Source: a virus
Taxonomy: Duplodnaviria > Caudoviricetes
IMG/VR virus record: IMGVR_UViG_3300023048_000001
Span: 32,001 to 96,000 of that record
DNA: 64,000 bases
Reading direction: 5' to 3' (one strand)
Below the pieces are notes generated by a model. That model was given only the letters and a program-made list of their open reading frames with translations, ran no database searches and was not told the origin of the DNA. A program made the translations under genes and the position numbers. Shown here piece after piece: positions 57,853 through 64,000 of the stretch. The stretch's first letter is position 1. Every line of letters begins with the position of its first letter.

Positions 57853-58377
57853 TTAGATATCGTGGGTTTCCAAGTAACCGACAATATTATCCAAGGTGAA
57901 GTATCGTGCATTGTTGACAGCCTCAGCATAGGCCTCATTGTCTGTTTCGGTGATGATAGCTTGGGCTGTGATACCAGCGACACCAATATGAGTTCTCACC
58001 CTATTTGGGTAATAATGAGCTTCAGACTCGCTATAGCCAGACCTTTCAAACTCTTCAAAGGTAATAGTGATAATTTCGCTGCCAGTCCACAGAGTAAGTA
58101 CAACATTGGTATCTTCCTTTGATCCACCACGATTAATATCATTCTCGTAATCGACAAATAGTGAGATATTGCTATCGACGTTCTCAACAATACGGAAAGC
58201 ATTGTGCTTAGCCAAAGCCTGTTCAATAGCAAGAGCTACCGCATCAATGTTAACTGCATCATTTCTAAATTTTCTATCTAGTGGAAATTTTTCAACTGGA
58301 TTAGTAAACTTGTCATAGAACGCAAAAAATTTATCGGTGCGAGTAACTTCTATGGCAATCATTTCATCAGTAATCAT
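57853..58377 (-). CDS. Hypothetical protein, paralog family member
   Basis: FYDKF...VNIDAV motif. Confidence 0.7.
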   Translation of the reverse strand: MITDEMIAIEVTRTDKFFAFYDKFTNPVEKFPLDRKFRNDAVNIDAVALAIEQALAKHNAFRIVENVDSNISLFVDYENDINRGGSKEDTNVVLTLWTGSEIITITFEEFERSGYSESEAHYYPNRVRTHIGVAGITAQAIITETDNEAYAEAVNNARYFTLDNIVGYLETHDI

Positions 58378-58389
58378 AATAGTTTATCC

Positions 58390-58430
58390 TTAGGTGGATA
58401 GCATATCTATGGTATGAGTTATAATCAACT
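58390..58430 (-). repeat. 41-bp promoter cassette, copy 2
   Basis: Direct repeat of 57806-57846. Confidence 0.85.
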
Positions 58431-58859
58431 ACGTAGTGGAAACCATGGGTAAGTCTTACCTGTTGCGGCAAGAACATAGTCAGTTACCATCAAATGGCTA
58501 AAAACATCGGCTAATGCCATAAGCAATGGAATGTCTTCCTGAGTATAAGTTGACCACCAGATACGCTCCATTCCATTATAACCATCGTACTTAGCTAGTC
58601 TAGGATCGTTTCTATATTTGATTTCAACGAACCATGAACCATCAAATGGTGCCAGTGGATCAGGATTAACATCAAAATACTGCTGATAATCTATAACAAA
58701 GTAATTGTTATCATCAGCAATACGAATATTCTTTAAAGCACTAGGAAATTCTGTGCGATTTCCATGTTCAATAGTATCTTTGAATGAACTAGAGACAATA
58801 AAGTCACCATTGACAATGCCATTTAGTTCCTTTTTAACATATTCAATATCAATAGTCAT
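58425..58859 (-). CDS. Hypothetical protein
   Basis: ORF in tandem array. Confidence 0.7.
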   Translation of the reverse strand: MTIDIEYVKKELNGIVNGDFIVSSSFKDTIEHGNRTEFPSALKNIRIADDNNYFVIDYQQYFDVNPDPLAPFDGSWFVEIKYRNDPRLAKYDGYNGMERIWWSTYTQEDIPLLMALADVFSHLMVTDYVLAATGKTYPWFPLRS

Positions 58860-59317
58860 GAATTAATTTCCACATCCTTTACTTTATTACTAATCAACAT
58901 AAGAATTCTATCCAAGACATCATCATATCCAATATGGGCGTAATTAGTGACCCTTGCATAATAACGACAACCCTTGGCATGTAGAATTAACTCGTTATTG
59001 CCTTCCGCTTCATCATAATTCGTGAATGTAATACCTGCTGACAGTGTTCCATCAACATTTGTAAGCTGTACATACCATTCATCCTTATCAGATGTGTATG
59101 AACCAAACTTATCATCCACCAAAATGTATTGCGAACTCTTTATGGTAATACGATGATGGGTATCAGGACTAGCAAGAAACCCATTCAATGCTTCAATGAC
59201 AGCATCAAGATTAATATCTCCATTAACATATTCATCCATTTCTGAAAGAATAGCTCCCGGAACAAGATACTTCTCGTTAAACGCTTCTTGAGCTTCGGAA
59301 AAATTTTTCATATCCAA
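58856..59317 (-). CDS. Hypothetical protein, paralog family member
   Basis: FNEKYLVP...INLDAV motif. Confidence 0.7.
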   Translation of the reverse strand: MDMKNFSEAQEAFNEKYLVPGAILSEMDEYVNGDINLDAVIEALNGFLASPDTHHRITIKSSQYILVDDKFGSYTSDKDEWYVQLTNVDGTLSAGITFTNYDEAEGNNELILHAKGCRYYARVTNYAHIGYDDVLDRILMLISNKVKDVEINS

Positions 59318-59739
59318 TCCTTAACGTTCCAAACTAAATCGAGAACTAGTGGTGCAAGCTCATGGCTATCATCGCCAGCACAGAACTCGTACTCTTCCCA
59401 ATCATCCAAGGTATCTTTCTGCACCGTAGCAGTAAACAAGAAATCAAAATAATGAAGTTCTTCAAAAGATTGCTTTGAATAGTCAGATTTCTTACGTATC
59501 ACATCATGCAAACCACTAAAGTTAGCAGTGATAAGCAGCTTAAGCGGTGCTTCATGGACTTCAAAAGTAAATCTTGTTGTCTTCTGCACCAGTGGATAAC
59601 TGTCCTTAGGGTAAGTACGTGTGGTAGTAGTCTCATCCCAGCTAGGGATAACCGAACCGTCTTCACGGATCAGCGACTTGGACATCTTTTCAATTAGTAG
59701 GTAGGTCATATTTAATCGTACCTTTTCATCGTTCATCAT
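59308..59739 (-). CDS. Hypothetical protein
   Basis: ORF in tandem array. Confidence 0.7.
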   Translation of the reverse strand: MMNDEKVRLNMTYLLIEKMSKSLIREDGSVIPSWDETTTTRTYPKDSYPLVQKTTRFTFEVHEAPLKLLITANFSGLHDVIRKKSDYSKQSFEELHYFDFLFTATVQKDTLDDWEEYEFCAGDDSHELAPLVLDLVWNVKDWI

Positions 59740-60181
59740 CCATCAGGTTTTTAACATGGTCAATCAAATTATAACCTAGATTGAGGAAAATCTCCCCAGC
59801 AGGATCATTGGCAAAGAAGTCAGCATCAAGGTCAATAGGATCAATCTTGTAATGGACTTCAATACCGTCATTATAATTAATTTCTGAATACATTCGCTCG
59901 CCACTGAAACCAAACAACTTACCATTGTCAGTTTGAAGGTGAATTGTCATCTTGCATTCTGAGTTTTCTTTCTTATTAAAATAGAAGACAAATCCATAGA
60001 TGACATATCCTTCGGGATGATTAGGAACCGACAAAGGAGCATACTCATAGCCTAATTTATTAGTCCAGCGTTCAACATCCTGCCCATAGATGACAAGACT
60101 TTCGATATCAGTGTACTCACCATTCATGAAGTTAGTTAATTCACCAATGGCATACACATTGGCCGGGTATTCATATGTCAT
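59726..60181 (-). CDS. Hypothetical protein
   Basis: ORF in tandem array. Confidence 0.7.
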   Translation of the reverse strand: MTYEYPANVYAIGELTNFMNGEYTDIESLVIYGQDVERWTNKLGYEYAPLSVPNHPEGYVIYGFVFYFNKKENSECKMTIHLQTDNGKLFGFSGERMYSEINYNDGIEVHYKIDPIDLDADFFANDPAGEIFLNLGYNLIDHVKNLMDDER

Positions 60182-60183
60182 CT

Positions 60184-60624
60184 TCAGACCTCACTCGCTA
60201 CAATTAACTTGTTTATATGTACCAACACCATAATCAGCAAATCGCTAACCACATCAGAATGGGGATCAGTAAAATACACCCAACGGTTGGAATCATTATG
60301 CTTAAGGCTAATAAAGGTCTGGTAATTTTCACCATCAAATCTGAAACACACATGGATAGTGCCAGCCGTGGTGTAAATGTATATTTCAGTAGTTACAGAA
60401 AAGAACTTATTAGAACCAAAGGATGTGCTGACATGAGTCTGATCATCCACCTTTCGGCTTAGGTCATAATCCATATCAGGATCAACCAAGGCTTTCTTAA
60501 TCAGATCAACTACGGCATCCACATGCACATTCTCGTATGCATACCTCGTCGGATAGAAAGGGTCTTCAACCAACACATCAGCATGGATAAACTTTTTTTC
60601 AAATTCTTCAGCATTCATAATCAA
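60184..60624 (-). CDS. Hypothetical protein, paralog family member
   Basis: FEKKFIHAD...VHVDAV motif. Confidence 0.7.
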   Translation of the reverse strand: MIMNAEEFEKKFIHADVLVEDPFYPTRYAYENVHVDAVVDLIKKALVDPDMDYDLSRKVDDQTHVSTSFGSNKFFSVTTEIYIYTTAGTIHVCFRFDGENYQTFISLKHNDSNRWVYFTDPHSDVVSDLLIMVLVHINKLIVASEV

Positions 60625-61085
60625 TCGTCCCTATCTTCTACATCAGTGATATCTAGAAGGCATCGGGCTGCAATTCGCGCACGTTGCATCATATCGATGA
60701 ATGCCTTAGGCGATTCTTCAGACTGATGAATAAAGATATAGAAACCATCCGAATGAATACTGATACCAGCATGATTACCTACTTGACCGTTATCAGTAAA
60801 ATACAACTGGATATTTTCATCTAGATCACCAACCATTTCAACGGATAGCTTAGCATGAGCAGTCTTATCGAGGACGCGATTCAAATCAACCTTGCGAACA
60901 GTGTTCACACTATGGGAAACATTGAAAGCCTTACGCGTTAGAAGATCATACACAGTGGTGGTAAGTCCTTCTAAGTTAATAGACTCAATATCATACCCAT
61001 GATGTGAAACATATTCAGCATCAGGCTTTAGATACTTCTCAATCATCACACGCTGTAAATCATTCTTTTCTAGTACAGTAGTCAT
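60621..61085 (-). CDS. Hypothetical protein, paralog family member
   Basis: MIEKYLKPD...INLEGL motif. Confidence 0.7.
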   Translation of the reverse strand: MTTVLEKNDLQRVMIEKYLKPDAEYVSHHGYDIESINLEGLTTTVYDLLTRKAFNVSHSVNTVRKVDLNRVLDKTAHAKLSVEMVGDLDENIQLYFTDNGQVGNHAGISIHSDGFYIFIHQSEESPKAFIDMMQRARIAARCLLDITDVEDRDD

Positions 61086-61094
61086 AATAATCCC

Positions 61095-61484
61095 TTAAAT
61101 TAGTGTTCCAATAATATGGCGAATCCTCTTCACGAGAGGGTAATACTTATCTTTCGTACCAGACTCTGAACGTATCTCGTCAGGGATATTAGAATGATAT
61201 TCTTTTGTTACCATACCCGGACCCGGTTTAAGGTTCTCCACGACAGAAAAACTATAGTACATATTAAAATTAGCTTCATGCTCATTGTCGATGTTAAAAA
61301 CCAATGTAAACAAGTAACCCTCTTCAGTTATTTCTTTTACCTTGATCTGCTCATACTTGTCAAGCTTGGTAACACCATTGATGGTCCTCTGGATAATAGA
61401 AAACTTATGAAATACAGTGTCGATATGATCACGCTCAACTAACTCATTGAGCATACGTTCTGAGATAATATGGTACATATTCAT
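61095..61484 (-). CDS. Hypothetical protein
   Basis: First ORF of the array. Confidence 0.7.
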   Translation of the reverse strand: MNMYHIISERMLNELVERDHIDTVFHKFSIIQRTINGVTKLDKYEQIKVKEITEEGYLFTLVFNIDNEHEANFNMYYSFSVVENLKPGPGMVTKEYHSNIPDEIRSESGTKDKYYPLVKRIRHIIGTLI

Positions 61485-61645
61485 TCCTTAGTGATAGACA
61501 GCATGATAGGTCCAGACTAAACATTAATCCAGACCTATAAAATTTTAACAGAAATATTTTTTGAGAGGGAGGGGAATCGTTCAGGAAGGGGTTGGCTAAT
61601 AGTGAGATACACTTTATGGCGCAGAGGACTCAACTAATCATTTTC

Positions 61646-61766
61646 CAAAAAATTCCAGAAAAAATGTAAAATCAGTTGATCGAAACACTTAGGCTTTACG
61701 CAATAGGATGAATACCATTTCATCAAAATTTCCAGAAAAAAAATGTAAAATTGATTGATCGAAACA
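61646..61766. repeat. Imperfect direct repeat (2 x ~42 bp) in a 550-bp non-coding gap
   Basis: caaaa..ttccagaaaaa(a)tgtaaaat...ttgatcgaaaca at 61646-61687 and 61724-61766. Confidence 0.85.
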
Positions 61767-62036
61767 TATACGCTTAGCCACGGGTATAGGGTGGATTACA
61801 AATTAAAAATAATACTGATTCAAATTTCGCCAAACTTGTTTTGAGCTTCCACGTATCCCATACCCTCACTGTGCATACAGTATAGCCTACTGTACCTGAA
61901 CGTATGCTGAATACTATTATGTAATGCTATGTTGTATTACGTTATACTCTATGCTAAGATAGGGTTGTGGCTGGGAAGGATGACACACTGACCATCACGT
62001 AACTCTATTGACTATCATGTAACTATGTGTTAGCTG

Positions 62037-62252
62037 TTAGTCTTTAGGTCTATCAGCATAGGGTGACAGGTCAATACGTATGACACCATTGGTAGCTACC
62101 ACATGTTGAAACAGTTGTCCATCCCTTGTGTATCGTGTAAGACGTTCGGGATAGTATCCATGTACTCTCTTACATAGCCAGTTAGTGGCAGCTACACAAC
62201 CCATGCGTCTATGCTTGGACTGCCATTCATTGATAGCATTGTCAAGTGTCAT
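62037..62252 (-). CDS. Small early hypothetical protein
   Basis: ORF coupled to upstream gene. Confidence 0.6.
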   Translation of the reverse strand: MTLDNAINEWQSKHRRMGCVAATNWLCKRVHGYYPERLTRYTRDGQLFQHVVATNGVIRIDLSPYADRPKD

Positions 62253-62476
62253 ATGCTCTCGTACTTATCTATCAGGTAACCCATGACACCATCATAGCTA
62301 CCAGACGAGTATAGGGTAGAGGTACCGCTCATGAACCCGTCTGTATTGAAGTAGGTGACCAGCACGACATAAGACCCATGCGACTCCACTACCTCATAGT
62401 AGGACGCGTCTACAGAGCCTCTGGTGGAGGCTGAGGTGATGACGAGTTTATCACCACTGATATAGAATGCGTGCAT
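62249..62476 (-). CDS. Small early hypothetical protein
   Basis: ORF in operon. Confidence 0.6.
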   Translation of the reverse strand: MHAFYISGDKLVITSASTRGSVDASYYEVVESHGSYVVLVTYFNTDGFMSGTSTLYSSGSYDGVMGYLIDKYESI

Positions 62477-62478
62477 GG

Positions 62479-62739
62479 TTATATCCGTTGCAGTGTGGTG
62501 ATGGGTTTGGAACGGTTGAGGGTATCGCCATGGTGCAGCATGAAGCCAATGTATCCACGCTTAGCGCATTCATCCTTAGCGAGTGCGATGTTATCCTGCA
62601 AGGTATGACGACCGTCGAGGATGATGGTAGCACGGTCACCGGTTGCTTCTATGGGCTTCTTGGCATCGTCACGGAAGATGGGAGGCGCAGAGCCTTTGAC
62701 ATAGCCGGTGGACATCTGAAAGAAGGTGGCAAAGATCAT
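62479..62739 (-). CDS. Small early hypothetical protein
   Basis: Promoter and RBS AAGGA upstream. Confidence 0.7.
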   Translation of the reverse strand: MIFATFFQMSTGYVKGSAPPIFRDDAKKPIEATGDRATIILDGRHTLQDNIALAKDECAKRGYIGFMLHHGDTLNRSKPITTLQRI

Positions 62740-62763
62740 GGTAGTTCCTTGTGGTGTGGAGCC

Positions 62764-62791
62764 ATTATAATGGAATTGACTTAGGTGTCAA
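62764..62791 (-). promoter_or_regulatory. Early sigma70 promoter
   Basis: TTGACA-N16-TATAAT followed by a CACACCACA leader. Confidence 0.8.
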
Positions 62792-62807
62792 CACCTTTGT
62801 ATAAAAG

Positions 62808-62829
62808 AAAACCCCCTTTCGGGGGCTTG
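62808..62829 (-). terminator. Intrinsic terminator
   Basis: Minus strand gccccc-gaaa-gggggttttc. Confidence 0.75.
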
Positions 62830-62838
62830 ACTGTGAGG

Positions 62839-63048
62839 TTAGTAGTTAACCTCATTGATATAGGTTGCTAGTCTCGACCCTCGTTTGATTTCACGAGCCT
62901 GTTTACGGGTCAGGGTGGGGAGGCTATCGAAGTAGGCATTGGCAGCTTCCTTGTACTCGGCCTTCTCTTCAGTAGTCATGGCCTTGAGCATGGCGCTCGT
63001 AACGTGCTTGAAATTGGTGGGCATCGCGATGATATTGGAAGCAGCCAT
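62839..63048 (-). CDS. Small early hypothetical protein
   Basis: Own promoter, RBS AGGAG, terminator. Confidence 0.75.
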   Translation of the reverse strand: MAASNIIAMPTNFKHVTSAMLKAMTTEEKAEYKEAANAYFDSLPTLTRKQAREIKRGSRLATYINEVNY

Positions 63049-63074
63049 GATCGTATCTCCTGTGGTGTGGATTC

Positions 63075-63102
63075 ATTATAACGTAAATGAATCCACTGTC
63101 AA
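63075..63102 (-). promoter_or_regulatory. Early sigma70 promoter inside an inverted repeat
   Basis: TTGACA-N16-TATAAT; gtggattcatt/aatgaatccac arms 63067-63096. Confidence 0.8.
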
Positions 63103-63108
63103 CAGGGA

Positions 63109-63357
63109 TCAGGGATTATTTTTACGATGGTTCTGTGTAGCATAGGACTCGTGCATGTGCACCACCCGTCCCGTATCTTGATCTACGGCCCTTGCAGCTA
63201 ATTGGTGTACGTTGAGTTGCATCCGTTCCGCGTAGGCGCACATGTAGCCATCCACGGCTATGATGATATTATCTATTGGGCACTGTGGATGAAGTCTAGC
63301 ACTGAGGCGATGCCAGACAATGTGTTTTGTATCATGCTTGACTTCGATAACTATCAT
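63109..63357 (-). CDS. Small early hypothetical protein
   Basis: TAATG coupling. Confidence 0.6.
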   Translation of the reverse strand: MIVIEVKHDTKHIVWHRLSARLHPQCPIDNIIIAVDGYMCAYAERMQLNVHQLAARAVDQDTGRVVHMHESYATQNHRKNNP

Positions 63358-63725
63358 TAGCGGATGTCCGGCGTTGCAGCGTTGATGTTGTCCACGTTCT
63401 TAGCGAACCAGTCTTCTAACTTCTGCACCACTTCCTGTTCAGTCTTTCCGCTAATCTTGCGGACGTTGACACCAACGGCTTTAAGTGCACGCTTGGCGAA
63501 CATGTGACCTTCGATCATCCAACCGTTGCCATCCTTCTGGACAAGCAGGCGCATGTGGAGCGGGTCATTGTGGATGATACCATTGGCCCAAGTCTTTGAC
63601 GATGCGAACTCAACGCAGATGGTGGACTCGCCAATGAGTTTCCACGGCCATGCCTTGACGTGAGCGTTGGGGAACATGAGGCTAACGTTCTGGACGAAGG
63701 CATTGCAGATGTCATGCTGGCTCAT
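63357..63725 (-). CDS. Early hypothetical protein (start MSQHDIC)
   Basis: Promoter 63751-63780 and RBS GAGGA place the start at 63725. Confidence 0.75.
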   Translation of the reverse strand: MSQHDICNAFVQNVSLMFPNAHVKAWPWKLIGESTICVEFASSKTWANGIIHNDPLHMRLLVQKDGNGWMIEGHMFAKRALKAVGVNVRKISGKTEQEVVQKLEDWFAKNVDNINAATPDIR

Positions 63726-63750
63726 GGTGAATCCTCTGTGGTGTGTAGCC

Positions 63751-63780
63751 ATTATAAAACAAAAGGGCCTGCGGATGCAA
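63751..63780 (-). promoter_or_regulatory. Early sigma70 promoter
   Basis: TTGCAT-N18-TATAAT followed by a CACACCACA leader. Confidence 0.7.
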
Positions 63781-63807
63781 GCCCTTTCCATTATATTTTA
63801 AGCGTTA

Positions 63808-63999
63808 TCAGCATGCACCTTCGGCCATACGCAAACGATGCTCAGAGGCATCATCTGGATCATCATAGACAACCCTTTGCCCATCACTACCTGTGCGATA
63901 GATAGGTTGACGTTCGGGTTCATCACGGACCTTGCCTGTTGAGTTGCAGTAGGTACAGGGAGCGTCATATCCACCTTCAAGGTAGAATTCCCAATCGTC
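63808..63999 (-). CDS. 3' part of a protein with a DnaJ-type zinc-finger half site (partial)
   Basis: ...YLEGGYDAPCTYCNSTGKV...AEGAC*; runs off the window edge. Confidence 0.7.
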   Translation of the reverse strand, partial: DDWEFYLEGGYDAPCTYCNSTGKVRDEPERQPIYRTGSDGQRVVYDDPDDASEHRLRMAEGAC

Positions 64000-64000
64000 A

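Noticed and set aside
61485-62036. tRNA or structured ncRNA genes in the gap
   Set aside because: No cloverleaf or T-loop GTTC(G/A)A signature recognised by eye; a covariance-model search would be needed
63798-63980. 60-aa ORF in the track
   Set aside because: Another minus frame (63808-63999) gives a CxxC-containing protein running off the window and is more plausible
1-64000. Full TAG-to-Gln recoding (code 15)
   Set aside because: Long genes are intact under code 11 with no internal TAGs; only one candidate in-frame TAG was found

Overview
This window is a 64-kb slice of an AT-rich jumbo tailed-phage genome with T4-like organisation: recurrent (A/T/G/C)ATAAATA late promoters, sigma70-type early promoters, thyA, nrdAB and guaC. 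No host housekeeping, rRNA or recognisable tRNA genes were seen. Left to right: (1) a glycosyltransferase cluster (two HtrL/YibB-like, one DxD GT-A, one GT-B); (2) an HD-Pth2 fusion, a Pol-beta nucleotidyltransferase and thyA; (3) about 22 kb of late, minus-strand, very large modular virion-type proteins built from lectin-like (LamG, CBM, SPRY), beta-propeller and capsid-cement-like domains strung on mucin-like Thr/Ser/Pro stalks; (4) directly upstream on the same strand, a six-gene late glycosylation operon (two Maf/DUF115-like, GT2, acetyltransferase, KpsS-like, TylF-GT8 fusion); (5) nrdAB, HD, a late nucleotidyltransferase, another mucin-stalk paralog, a papain-like protease, Thg1, GuaC, a second Pth2-like protein and an AAA ATPase; (6) a tandem array of small hypothetical genes including a five-member paralog family; (7) a repeat-rich non-coding boundary followed by a more GC-rich region of small early genes. 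The top candidate novel system (inference) is a phage-encoded protein O-glycosylation pathway that builds a mucin-like glycan coat on virion fibres, which share an N-terminal docking module. A second is an in-frame amber codon (a 4-codon minigene) at the start of the HD-Pth2 gene, in a window where none of 75 accepted CDSs ends in TAG. All family calls come from motif recognition by eye; no searches were run.
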